DNA of 64,000 nt from Lingula anatina (lineage: Eukaryota > Animalia > Brachiopoda): NCBI GenBank assembly GCA_051362555.1, contig CM120640.1, forward strand, positions 20,770,001 through 20,834,000, given 5' to 3'. Of this stretch, positions 1 to 13,170 are shown one piece after another; positions within the stretch are counted from its first letter, which is position 1; every line of letters starts with the position of its first letter. The notes under the pieces were generated by a model. The model saw nothing but the letters and a program-made list of their open reading frames with translations, did not search any database and was not told where the DNA came from. The translations under genes were made by a program, and so were the position numbers.

Positions 1-457
1 AGTATATGCTTGTAATAATTTTATTCTTATGTTCTTAGTTAAGGCAGTTTTTTTTTTTTTTTTTTTTTTTTTTTGGTATTTGATTATTGTTTCATGGAAA
101 GCCTAAAACACTTTACATAATGTTTTAATTATGTAATTAGAGAAAGTTTGCATAGCGTCAGGGGTGAACACATTGCTTTCTTCAAAATCGTTATTTGCTT
201 TTTTAATTGTCTTTTGTGTTAAGATTGATTACTTACTCCTAATATATGGAAATAAATGCTGTGCTCGGAAAAAATACCTTCTTGTCAAATATCAACATTT
301 TATTCACAGCACAGTATATAAACGTGTAGCTTGTAAATAGATATATTTATGTGGATTTCTTTGTTCTTCCTTGTTTGCATAGAACAAGTCTGTTTACATC
401 TGCTAATTATAACAGCAGATCCATAATTGCTAAACGGAAAAGAAGAATCGTGTTTAA

Positions 458-1098
458 AGTCATAATAACTCTTCGTTTTGGCCAAAAATACGATTTTCCT
501 GGAAAAAACGGCAAATTTCCCGTACTTACCAATGGTCAACGACCCCATTCCTGCATTCAAAGTTAATCCAGGTTTTTTTCCTTAACGTACGGTTCTCTTA
601 AGAGATTTTAACTGACGGAGCCCTCTCTCTGACATGGCAAGTTCACGCGATATCGAGCGATAGTTTCTGGTGGCCTACTTAAAACCGCGGGAAAAGCAGA
701 CGACAACAACAACACTATATAACAATATTATAAGATTCATAAGATATATTCGTCTTATTGCTCAAAATGCATTTATATCTACAATGTGTGAATACTGGGT
801 TTTTCGTTATCCGACGCACTGTACAAAAACTCGCAACTTACGTCTGAGGGTTTCCCGCCATGTTATTTTGGTCTCGAATGAACGCGAGAATCCGCGTGAC
901 ACCTAAACGTCATTGGCAACGGATGCACTTGTCGACCGTAAAGAAAGGCATCGAAAGCCCAAGTGACAAGCACAGATTTTAGTTTTACTACAATAACAGT
1001 CGTTTTAATGGGAAAATGCAATAGAATATATTTCCAGGCGTTGTTTACAATGTATTTCTTGCGGAATTTTGAATCTCAAAGGAAGAGTTATTATTGCT
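458..1098. mobile_element. Non-autonomous TTAA-targeting DNA transposon (Kolobok-like MITE), 641 bp
   Basis: TIRs AGTCATAATAACTCTTC / GAAGAGTTATTATTGCT (15/17). TTAA on both sides (454-457, 1099-1102). Empty site with a single TTAA at 50710-50713. AG termini fit Kolobok rather than piggyBac (CC). Confidence 0.88.
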
Positions 1099-1756
1099 TT
1101 AACTATTCAAGTAAGTAGTAGTGTGGGAAAGGGCTGTACTTTACATATACATCGCAACAGAAATTAGGATGATTGATTCTGACCACATATGTCAATAATT
1201 GCCGGGTTTTTTATTTGGCCTTCGGGAGGACCTTCCTTTAAATAAACACAACTAAAATGTATTGATGTCTCTGAAAGACCAGTATTGTTTCATTTGATCA
1301 ACTGAAACAACGAATAGGAATTGTGAATTTTCTGTTGTTGATTTGAGACTGTAAATTGTTTTTATAGCGTCCTGAAAATCAGTGCATTGAACTGTAAGTA
1401 CAGAACTAAAACGAAACAGATGAAAAAAATGTTCAGAATACAAAAAAAAAAAAAAAAAAAGAGTAGCCCACAAACAAATTACCCAATAATCCATGTTTAT
1501 TTTAACAGTTCAACAGAGTAGCTTCCAAAGCCATGGGTACATATAATGATATGTTAAAACTCATCAGTTTATTTATCATACGGTGAAATAGGATTTTCGT
1601 TGCATCTTGTATAAAGGTGGTAAAGGTAAAAACTGTATTTATAGACGGAGTTCTTTTACCCCAGTAAAGGCGTCGCGATCCTTCATAGATCTAGAGTCGG
1701 CTACTATATATATATTCGACACTTTCTCCCTCGTGGAACCATCGGTCGTGCATGCT

Positions 1757-2228
1757 TAATACGAAGTCAGGTAGACGCCAATATACAGTGTTAAACAAAA
1801 GGACTGCGGAAATGAAGATGTACTGCGATGTATAATCGACCATTTCTGCGGGCGTCCTTTTGGCGCAGTGGATCAGCAGTGATGTTTTCACGCCGACCCA
1901 TGACGACATTGACGGTGTGGAAGAAGCTCACTGGCCTAAAATCAGACAGATTTTAAAAATATAATCTTAATGTCTTTGCTGATATAATATAATATGTTAT
2001 AGCACCATCATCTACCTCAATGAACATCTTATCTCTCTCCGGATCACTTTTACCTTTCGTGGACACTAACACCCACTGTGCACCGCCTACCTCATCTGGT
2101 TTAGTCAATTCCTTTACGTCTTTTGCCTTTTTTCTTCTCAAGGGAAAGTTAACAACGGCGTATTCCAATATAGACGCCATTACGAATACCAAGCACACGG
2201 AGTTACACACGTCTATGGCTTTGACGTA
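1757..2228 (-). pseudogene. Truncated, frameshifted copy of the last two exons (M3, M4) of channel subunit A
   Basis: Near-identical to 51659-52156. Homology stops inside the M3 exon (..ttgacgta| at 2228), so the splice acceptor is lost. A 10-nt deletion near 1925 and a 2-nt loss near 1777 ([10 protein letters not shown] becomes VYWRLPDF..) break the frame. Confidence 0.92.
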
Positions 2229-2538
2229 CACGTATTCAATGGAGTAAATAAAAAAGGTCATTTGTGAAGCGTATTTCAATAGGCATATACTCGTAACTTA
2301 TTGGCTGACCTGGATAATGGAAAGGTGTGTCGCGTTTGTTGTTGAAAAAAAAAAAAAAACAGCAAAGGAACGCGCACACGGGTCTAACGTTACATTATAA
2401 ACACCACACACCTTTCCATTAGGAAAGACTCATTAGTTGAAGGGCTTTTACAAGGAGAAGGCCTTTCCAAGGTAAGTTTTTATTTGTTTTAAACGTAATA
2501 AATATAGATCTGTTAGGCATTAGATAAGCCATCACTTA

Positions 2539-3288
2539 AGCCTAGATTGCATTTGAAATGCGATGCCTGTACGGTGCACGTACATATATACTGTCCGTAA
2601 TACACTTTTCGTACGGCGTCTGAGCGGAGGTAGACGGTGGCAGTGCGAAATACCGGTAGATCAGAATCGTACGGTTGTAAGGCCATGCAATGTAGACATA
2701 CTGGGCGTAGCCCGTAGTTCCTTAAAGCCTAGGTCCCAACTACGTTTTGGACGCACGGTTTTTAGGTTCCTTGCGTCCGGCTAGGACGTAGCTAGATCGC
2801 AGGGAAGAAATCAAGTAATTGGTAAAAAGTTTCTACGTGCTGTTTGCGTCCTCCAAAAGTCCGCGAGGAGAACAGGAAGCAAAACTGACGAACGCCATCA
2901 GTACGTCACCACAAACGTGTGAGGCAAGTGTGAAGCAAGACTGACGCAGAAGGGCACTACTTTCGCCGTGCGTTGCATTCGCATCGTGAGTGGTGAGTGT
3001 GTGCAACGTACATAGGAAGCAAGACAAACTCAAGAAATGAGTACAATTTCCACGGCCATCGCTCCTTGCAATTTGCATTCCCTGCTTGAAAGGACATCTC
3101 ATTTGGCCCTTGCGACTCGCAAGGCAGACTTTCCTCTCTACCTACGACTTCCACGGCCTCCGCAACACCCAAAAATCGCAGGGGACGTACGATCCTGAAA
3201 TTTGTGCGTCCGGTTGTGACCGAGGCTTTACTATTTCAAAAAATCGACAATTTCATCGCACGGCGCCCGTGTAAATGTAATCTAGGCT
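2539..3288. mobile_element. PIF/Harbinger-like MITE, 750 bp
   Basis: TIRs AGCCTAGATTGCATTT / AAATGTAATCTAGGCT (15/16) with TTA target duplication at 2536-2538 and 3289-3291. Interior is GC-richer and non-coding. Confidence 0.82.
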
Positions 3289-4121
3289 TTAAGGAACACA
3301 GGTGTCAATTTAGTGAGTTAATTTTTATTTTTTATCTGGTTCGAGTCTTTTAACTTATCACTTTCTTTTAAGCTGTACGTGTACCTAGTCCCCACGGGAG
3401 GTAAGTACACCCATATCAATTGTCAAGGGTCAGGCATTTAAACGTTGATTAAATCAAGAAATGTAAGCACATTGTCATTCACTTCATGGAGGTGTTATTT
3501 TGTGAATCCCTTTTTAAGGAATAAAGGATTGATCCAATTCTAGTTGTAATGCGTGATACTTTAACTGCAAGCCTGATATGTTATAGACCCCTATTGTCCT
3601 GTGGTCTATCCTGCAACAATTGTAGCCTAGCAATGAGGTACCGGTATAAAACTGGTAACATATGATTCATCCGAGGTATTTGTAACCCTATGTAACAAGT
3701 TAGCACTCAGATCGCTTTACTTAAAATAAACCCGTTTTCATTTTATGTTGGGTTATTTTGTGCATCACTCCTTGCTGCCAACAGGCACAGGTAAACCTGT
3801 GTGACAAAGAGGGTAAACCGTATGAAATGAGACGATATAAATAGCAAGGTAAACTATTCGAAAAAATCGTGCAAGACATCTGGATGAGACATACAGTATG
3901 GTATCTATAGCAAAGGGAAGGGTGTTTACTTTTAAACAAGTAAAAGAAGGAGATAAAACATGGCGGTTAAACCGAACATACATGTACATGTATGTATCAT
4001 TCATAGATGGGATTTTTCAGATATTTTATAAACTCCTTATTAACAATAGACTCTATCAATTTCATTTACATTTCACGTGTAAGCAAAAAGATTGTCATGA
4101 TTTTGGAGCCTGATAAATTAT

Positions 4122-4287
4122 CAGTGGCGGATCCAGAGATATTTTCTGACAGTCTTCCAAATTATCTTTGTTGCGCCATCCCCTATTTTTGACCGTCTTC
4201 CGACAGAAAAATTAGATACCCGTCAATGTAAACTTGAAAATCTGACCGTCTTCCGGAAGACCCAGAAGACGGCCTAAATCCGCCCTG
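4122..4287. mobile_element. Short hAT-like MITE
   Basis: Ends CAGTGGCGGATCCAG .. CTAAATCCGCCCTG are imperfect inverted repeats; internal TGAC(A/C)GTCTTCC repeats. No clean 8-bp TSD seen. Confidence 0.5.
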
Positions 4288-6847
4288 TGATTAGATAGGC
4301 TGACTGCAGTACGCATTTAAGGCGACACATGGAATTCTTCAGGCCGTGATATATTTTCCTACCCAGCTATTGGGCGTTGTATTCATACTACGGTTCCATA
4401 ACAAATAGAAATACTGTATATTTTTAATACTCGTTTTTAATGACATAGTGCATTGCATCTCTCTCTCTCTCTCTGAGTCTCTCTCTCTCTCATTGAGATG
4501 TCAAAGTGGTTGCACTTCACGTATTAAAGCAGCATAAAAAGTTGCATGGCTTCTACATATAATTATGTAACGCCCTGTTGGATGTCGTGCCGCACACCTA
4601 ACAAAGCCATCATCAGTAGCTATGTATACGAGTAAAACACGTTACACGTACCTTGCTCCTTGTCAGCCCACAGTACCTTTAAAGCATGCAATTTATTTGC
4701 TTGTCCGGTGGCGTGATCCACTATATATCTTTTATTTAGTTTATTATTAATCATTGCCTCATCGTTGATTGTTTTAAGCATGTTCTGTATGCGTTCTTTT
4801 CCACTGCCTAATCTATACCTTGGCGTGGGGAATTTTATGAATTTTTTGTATGGTTTTCCCGCAAAAGCTTAATTTGACATATCTGCATTTTCAGTTTTTA
4901 TGAAAGGATCCCTAAAAGAAATAGTCACATCTGAGACGCAATTGACGTCCAGTTATGCAGTGGACGGGGGTCCTCAAGCTGCTGCTGTTTATGAGCTATG
5001 CCCACGGATCGGCCAGCCAGCAAATGTGTAAGTGTAGTTTATTATTTTTCTGGTTTTTCTGTCTTACTTTTATACATCCAGTACACAATTTATGAACGCA
5101 ACCTCATATCAACATTTTATGTAACTGGTTCCTTCAGAAATGCACTGTCAATTGATAAGCCTCCCCGTCTTTTTTCGAATTTTGAAAGTCTTAATTAAAA
5201 TTAAAACACGTTATACCTAAGTCATCTAATCTCCATCAGAAACAAACTTTGCTTTGTTAATTTACACAAATTGACCCATATAGTAGACTTAAAGGACGGG
5301 GGTTACTTTCATCTTCCTACATATCCCCATCCCCGATGCGAACTATATAGATCAGTTTGGGGTATTTTACAAAGGATATTTGGCAAAGGATAGTTGGCAA
5401 AGGATAGGGCTTTATTTGGCTATGAGTCTGATATAAAGCTCATGGATTTTATATATGTATACAGTGTAGAGATATATTTTCATTCATGCATGTATTATTA
5501 AAGCGCAACGGGTAACATTGCTTTATTCTAGAAGAATGCCCGGTCTTTTGGGATTATACATTTAAGACATTTTATGTGCAAAAATATTTCTTGTCGCTTA
5601 TCATAAATTGAGGCTATAAATTTTTCTATATAAAGAGGTTTGTAGGATAGTTAATTTTCACAAAATTATCTGCATATTTGTCTTGACAATGTGATCTGCT
5701 AGGTAATCGAAATATACTAATCCACCTCACCCTATCATTATTGTTTTTCTGCTAGCTTTCGGGAAATACTCGATCATGTCATTCAGTGTATGACAGTGCA
5801 AAATATGTACTCATCTATTTCTACCGATACAACTTTTTGCTTGTCATCGCCTATAAGATGAATTATTCGTAGTTGCCCAGAGAATGTCCTAAAGCTTCTC
5901 TCGTCCTTTCGTTTTAATACAAACTCTTTGGACCATAAGCATGAATAGGTCTTATAACAACAATGAATCTATTATTAGTCCCGCCAGTTTTTGAAAAGCA
6001 TTGATGAAAGAATTGTAATGTACATATATCATAGTGTGTTTATTTGTTCTCTTTGATGCCTAACTTTTAGTGAAACGTGTTTGCAATGCAGTAACACGTC
6101 TTCCCAGAAAAATATTTTCGGAATGAGTAATTTCGTATAAAAAAAATCAAAAGAAAATCTAAGGGTTGGGAGTGTCCCTCCCCCATAGCTGTTTTTATTT
6201 ATTTATTCATTTATCTATTTATCTACTCAACTTACTGTTTAAATTATTATTCTGAAATTCTGGTGTATATATCCAGACTGAGTAACTACTGATCACAGTG
6301 TCCTGTCAGTGTCGCCGCTGTTGCTGCCAGTGCAGGAGAAAGGGAACCTTATTCACTCATTCAAGAGGGAAAACAAAACTTTACCTGCACACCTTAAAGC
6401 GACTTATCCTTTATATAGAGGTTCTCTTTCACCTGCACCAGCTTAGTTTTAAAATACGTATTGACTTCCAATTACTGTTGTGAAAACTCCATGGAACAAA
6501 CCAAAGACACCCCCGACACAAAACGACTGTCCACAGACAAATAAATGAACCCAAGTATACATGTATAATCAAGATATATCTGTGAATGGCCACTTTAGAG
6601 CATGCACTAGAGGTCGAAATAAAAGTAAAAAAATCAAACTTAAGGAGTATTAAAGAGTATTAAAGTTATTTATATAAAATATAATATTATACTGTCTTTT
6701 CAATAAAGGGTTATAATAATGTATAATCCAATAAATTCCTTTGTAAAATAAAATGCTATCCGTGCTTTTGCAATAAAAAACACTGTTGTACTCCAATTGA
6801 ATTAACAATCCCACTGGTGAAACTGGTCAGGAAAAATGCAGCTGTTC

Positions 6848-6849
<2 letters not shown>

Positions 6850-6914
<65 letters not shown>
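6850..6914. repeat. Compound microsatellite (GT)n(GA)n
   Basis: Directly visible. Confidence 0.97.
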
Positions 6915-6917
<3 letters not shown>

Positions 6918-7609
6918 CACTAGACCATACAGAAATGATTTATGACGTGTACTAAATAAGTACCAGTTAATATGGATTTGTCCTTTATTGCATACATACA
7001 GGATTACTACTTAATATGGAATATTTTATCATTGTTATTTTTGAGTGCTGATTAAATTTTTTTGGCTTGATTCATCAAAAAAGTATGTCATTGAATTATA
7101 AAAATATCCAGTCTTCTATTGTGAGATTTGGTCAATAATATCAAATCTGACATAAGATGTCATTCAAAAGGAAAGAACACCCCCAGAAAACCATATCAAC
7201 AGTTTGATGTCAGTATAAATTTTAAGCTAAGATATTAAAGAAAATGATAGCCTCCGGACAGTGATATGTTACACAGTCAAAGAACTCATTACAGTTAATC
7301 ATGAAAAGTCATCAATAGTGGGTATGACCTCCAGCAGCCGCTTGCAGACCAGTTAAAATAAATATTAACATTGCGATGACGCTCTTTAATCCAAACTAAT
7401 CAATTGCACATAATTCTAAATCAACTGACACGTGTCAATAGAATTGTTTGTGTATCTGGACTTCCTAAATGGCCAATAAGTATTTTGTATAATATGACAT
7501 GTTTATGTCACTGATTTCTGTGCCATCGTGTCACCTGCCAAGTGAACGGTATAAATCGACACTCAGATTTTCCAAATCATCACAATTCCAAGATGCCTCT
7601 TAGCGATTA

Positions 7610-7802
7610 CGTGCGTCTGGGGGCTGAAATCAAACATCACCTGCGTACGCGTGTTAAGCCTACCACGAGAGAACAACTTGTTGACGGCATTAGAGAGGCA
7701 TGGGAAAATATTAACGCAGAAAAGTGTAATAAATATATTAATCATCTAAAGAAGGTGATTCCAGCGGTAATTGAGAGAGAAGGTCGTGCATCAGGCTACT
7801 AA
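7610..7802 (+). mobile_element. Tc1/mariner (IS630-Tc1) transposase C-terminal remnant
   Basis: AEIKHHLRTRVKPTTREQLVDGIREAWENINAEKCNKYINHLKKVIPAVIEREGRASGY* is the typical tail after the SPDLNPIE..W motif. The upstream DDE core is absent. Confidence 0.85.
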
Positions 7803-10800
7803 ACTAGCAACACATGTAATAAAGGTAATGAGACATTGATATTTATTTGATGTATTAGCTATTTAAAATTTTCCATTTTAACTACGCTTTTGTTGATCGT
7901 GCCTTATTATCATCAAATAAAATTGTTATACTTGTTTTAAAACTAAGCCTGATTTGTTCTTTAGAGTTTTGTTCTAATATTCGACTTGCCTTTACTCGAG
8001 TCTTCTGTTGCAGTTGATACATAACCCGGTATTGTTTGCTCGTGTCGATAGCAATCTCTTTGCATCAGCTATAATAGAAACCTTAAGTGAGGCAATTAAG
8101 AAGGGGCAGACCGTGTTCGTTGAAGCGACTAATTTGGGTGTCCGATAAGGATTGCTTGGGGATTCCCCTACCCTGTAATTATCATACGGCCTCTGTTGTT
8201 CGACCATATGGGGCAGGCTTGGGAAACCATACGGCCATTTGGTAAGGGGACATTCCGGCGGCACTGTAATAACTAAACCACTCTGCAGGCTGACTGTCTA
8301 CGGGTTATTGCCAAGATGTGTTTAGTTTATAACACTCATCTTGTTCGGGACATTTACAGAATGTCTTAACCTCTCTCTCTCTTGTCATAAATCAAAGTCT
8401 CTGACATTTAACATTAGTATTTAAATTCAAGATATTTACAGAAATGTGTGAACATGATATTAATTCGAGAAAGGGTATTTTATAGTGTTTGTAAACGTTA
8501 CAAAGGAAATTACCAAAAATATATAGCTTTCCATATTGAGAAGACATGTTTCTCTACTCCCCCTCTCCAGATTTCCTGGCCCGAGGAGCAATATGTTTGT
8601 CCTAAGCTCTGAAGCTCTGAACGCGCTTGATAGAAACCAGATGTGGAGAGTGAGATTTTATTGCCCGAGCCAGACTACCGACTTTCCAATCTTACAGGTT
8701 GAAATAAGTGTGGGCAGGGGGGGGGGGGGGGGTATATATCTTCATAACCGACCAAGCTAGATAGTCACGAAACACGATAAAGTATATCAGTAGAAAGGCT
8801 CAACTTGACGTTCTTTTTATTTCAAATTGTTATTTCATAACATAATAGTTGCTATGCCCTTATGCTCCCCCTCCCACCCTGAACTCTTGTAAATATTCAT
8901 TTTTTTCATATGAAAGATGAGAGCGTAAATTAACTTATCCCAACCGCTCACGTTTTGCATAACGTTTTTATTAATGTTTCATATTACTTTTAATAACCGC
9001 TGACTGCTTTCCCTGTTAGAGGGTCATCCCCAGAAATGCACTGCATGACGTCACGCTTAGCCCACTGCGCATGCGTGCACTTTTAATGAGTTGCTAGATT
9101 GCCATAGGAAAATGAATGGGTTCGCGATTCGTGGGTAATTCGTGATAATTGACAAACTAACGGTCTGATGCCGATAGACAGCAACGCTGTGCTATGCTTC
9201 AAGCAACTCCTTACCAAATATCGCTAGGGTTTTTAAAAAAATTATGTTGTTCACACGTACTAAGAAGTTTGCCGTGTATTGCCTAGCCTACCCTCAGCAA
9301 AACGCACATATTTTCAGAAATAGTGATTTTAGACGGTAGATTCACTCAGAAACAAAGGCAAACTAATTCGTTGCCGATAGCACCAGCAGATAGCAGCACC
9401 ATACAGAGTCTGATTAAAAACTTTCATGGCAATTGAAGAAATTTTACCACTGTACAATGGAGTCCCAAAAAAAGCACTTGGCACAAATGTGAAACTGCCC
9501 AGTGCAAGGTCAAGAATTCAATCAGTATTTTCAATCATATTATCAGATTCTACCTAAATTGACTGACAATATCTCTACTCAGTATTTACCTAATTTCTTA
9601 ATCCAAAATTCCTATCATCATTTAATAATAATGCAAAATTCTTCTTTCAGATTGCTATTAATTTTAAATTTTAATGCTGCAACTGTTCCAAAATAATCTT
9701 GTATGGCTTATTCTGGAATATATGACCTCTGCACATCATCAGTACCTGACTTGGTACAGTGTAGTTACTACTTGGATACAGAGTTAGATTTAATAATGTA
9801 ACAATAAGAACAATACATATTACAATAAACTTCTCTGCACATGTAAGACACTTGTTACCATGAACTAACACTACTTGACAATGGGCTGAGCACTTATCAC
9901 AGAGTCTGTGTGCGATGCCATTGTTGTGCTGTGATTGGCTAGTTGAGTCACGTGAAGCCCTACTGTAGCGCCCTCGCGTGCTGCACATTTCTGGCCATGA
10001 CAATGAAATAAACCAGTGAAAGTAATGGAACGTGTCATATATTTATTCCGATATTAATCTAAATATATGTGGCTCACATTTTCACTTTTTGTTGAAAGTT
10101 TTCTCACATCGAACTCAATTAATTGGGTTGGAGTGTCTACATCTGTAGCGGTGTTTTAAAGGGTCATAAAGTGACCAATTTTTGAGATAGCGTTATGCGG
10201 GACATAGGTACATGTAACTTTTATATAAACGGAAAATAATATACTGTAGATTGATTCACAACTCTGCCTCCGGTCGAATGCAAGCCCGTAAGGACCAACC
10301 AAAATTAAATGCCCGTGTCTGGTGCGGGTGCTGTTTTCATGGTTCTCTTACATAATTGCGCGGTGGTTCGTTAATCTGGCAACAAATGTCGCTACAGATG
10401 CGATGCAAATAAAACGGCATAATGATCGACGCAAAAATGCCTTAAGTCTGTTTTGCTGCTTTCCATGTACGCACATCTACTATAATGTATAGGATTCGAA
10501 ATTATCAACATCGAAATACTTAAAATAACCATCCAAAGCTCATGTACATTACGGCGCGTACACACAATTCGTTTGATTTGAGGTTTTTAATGAACTTACA
10601 TATAGATGCTGTGATAAAGACCATTCAACTGAATAAGACATATATACAGGGCGAAAAAGAAATTGAGACGTCCCTGGAGTCGAGAAAAAATCTATGTTAA
10701 AGAATCCCGATTCTGTAATAACAGCTACCTGTAGGTTTGTCTCTTTTAAATTAATTTGATTTGTGCTCTATAACAAGAGAGGCAGTCAATGTGAGGGTCG

Positions 10801-13170
10801 GTGGCACTTTTAATGGTTGGGATCGAGTATTTAAATTCACAAATTTAGGCATGAAAGAAAGTTTTGTGGTTTCCAGGGGTCAGTTTGTAAGATCAAAATT
10901 CAGGCCAGGACGCTGTTCTGAATCTTTCCCTTGAAGTGGGGATGTTAGCCTTTAATTTTGCCCAAGGGAGTACGGCGTTGTGTAACAGCAAATTGCATTG
11001 GTATGCATACTTATACTACGTAGTTATACTGGATCTGTCCTCTACCATTAGTCGATCAAATCGCCACAATGTCTTTGGTCAGATCACTGGGTTTTCATGA
11101 TATTCCCTTCACTGTACGCTCCTAAAGCAATACAATTGGGATGCTAAGTTGTCATCCTGTAGCAAAACATCACTTGAACATTATCCGAATGATATGGGAT
11201 ATATAGCTTGTGAAAGCCTAGGTATAAATACCAACAAGGTATGCAGCACATCTCTAAATCAGCCCCGTCAATCAAACACACATTATGGTCAGTTGCGTCC
11301 TAGTTTAAATGCAGTCAAACAGGCAAATAGGCTTTAATTACGAATATATTGCGCGTTTATTAATAAAGTTTGTTTATTTTAGATCCGCTGATTCGAAAAT
11401 AATATAATCCATTTCTACTACTTGCACAAAACGCCTACATTTTGGCAGTTTATAGTGACCGTACCTAAACCCTAAATCCTGAAAATTGAAAAAAAGTTCT
11501 GAAACAAAATGTGTAAAAGAATAAAGTAGCTAGACTATCCTTCATAGGGAGCTCTTTACATAAATTGCAGTATTAATAGATTTATAAAACGCATTCAGTA
11601 AAAATCCATTATACTGTGCCTATATAAGCTCTGAATCACTATAATTCTTGACAGTCCAGTGGACATTTAGGAAATTCACGGGAATAAACGCGTCCATATG
11701 AAAATAAGAGCTTATACTAACTTAAAACGGAATAAAGAACGCACGACCATGACAGTGAGTGAGTAGCCCCCCCCCCCACATGCACACAATCACCCACGAA
11801 TGTAACTGTCTTGAAAACAAGAAGCAGAGAACGCCATAAATATTGTAGTAGTATTAAGCATCCTAAAGGTAGTCACGCAGCAAAACTTTTGTGTTCCATA
11901 AAAAATATGAGAATACATTATAGCAAATATAATACAATTTTAAATAATTGAAATGCATTTCTTTCTAACATTCAGTTTACGTACGTTTTTTGGTAGCCTC
12001 TCAAAGTTTTAAACCTCAAATATTGGAGACCATAATAGAGTCAGCCAAGGACACGTTTGGGGAACACGTTTGAACTCGTCATGATGGACATTTACAGGTG
12101 TAGGACCAGTACAGAGCTTCTTGTAAACAGTTTAGAACCAAGGGACCGAACTTGATTTGAGGACCAGAAGAGAGGCTTAACAACCGCTTGTCTTTGTACG
12201 ACCAGCACGGCGCACTCTAGTAGAAGTAGAAGTAGAAGGCGATCCAGTCTTTTTGTTGTGATACGCGGACACCCTGGCCGATGTGTTGGAGCAGGTGCCC
12301 CTGTTGTGGCATTTCTTTGGAGGACTTTACTAACGGTTCCTGTTAAATGTCAATTGCATTGCCTGGCCAGGCTGTCCGTTTTTGGCCATTTTCTCTGAGA
12401 ACAAGAATCCCATAGTAAGCTGCGTTGCTAAGCTGTCGAACCATATCTTCTCTAAGGTACCTGTTAAGTTTCAGAGCGATCCCTTTATTGGTTCTTTAAA
12501 TACACTCCAAAGATTGGCCAAACCCATGCGTTTTTATACAAGGGCAGAAATTGCCGAAAAGACCACCCCTCACATTTCTGACCACAGAACATGCAACTGC
12601 ATACATCAATTGTTTCGAGAGTTGTGTGGTAATTAGGTAACACACCTGGCTACATATGGAGTGACACCTCAGTTTTGGATTTAAAGTAGTTAGAGAGAAA
12701 ATAAATATTTTGTAGAAAATTTACTGGCTAAAAAATAATGTTCCATATTAAAGGTACATACGAACCGAGCATCGGTGGAGTGTGGATTCCCAGTAACACA
12801 TGTAAACCACTTCTACTAGATTCTTATATGACTCAAATAATTTCGACATGCCAAGGGATAAACTGAATAGATCACTCGATCGGCCATAAAAGACCTTTAG
12901 ACTGCTCCTTTCTTTAAATTTATGGTTGTAAATTTAACCTACTTCCGTGACCTACTTTCCTGCCCCATTGACATACAGCTTAAAATACCAGCAGAAAAAT
13001 CTGTTCAAACATCACTTTTGGGTAAAATTAAACAATGCCTTTTGGTAAATCTCTTAGTTATACTACTTGTAACTATATGCTGGCATTTGGTTGGTTTTTG
13101 TGACAAAAAATTGACTTTGTATGCATCTTTAAGTAGTAACCCTGTATATGCCAAGACACGAACTAGGCAA

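Larger units (their letters stand above)
1..2228 (+). repeat. Direct repeat / segmental duplicate of 50264-52156 (may extend left of the window)
   Basis: Collinear high similarity, e.g. 1 agtatatgcttgtaat vs 50264 agtacatgcttgtaat; 1103-1200 vs 50714-50811; 1718-2228 vs 51619-52156, with indels. Confidence 0.95.

Noticed and set aside
6250-6440. Possible small - strand exons
   Set aside because: Splice-like signals exist, but there is no coherent reading frame or homology.
12050-12350. Possible decayed transposase fragment on the - strand (..RTKTSGC..)
   Set aside because: Too short and interrupted to assign.
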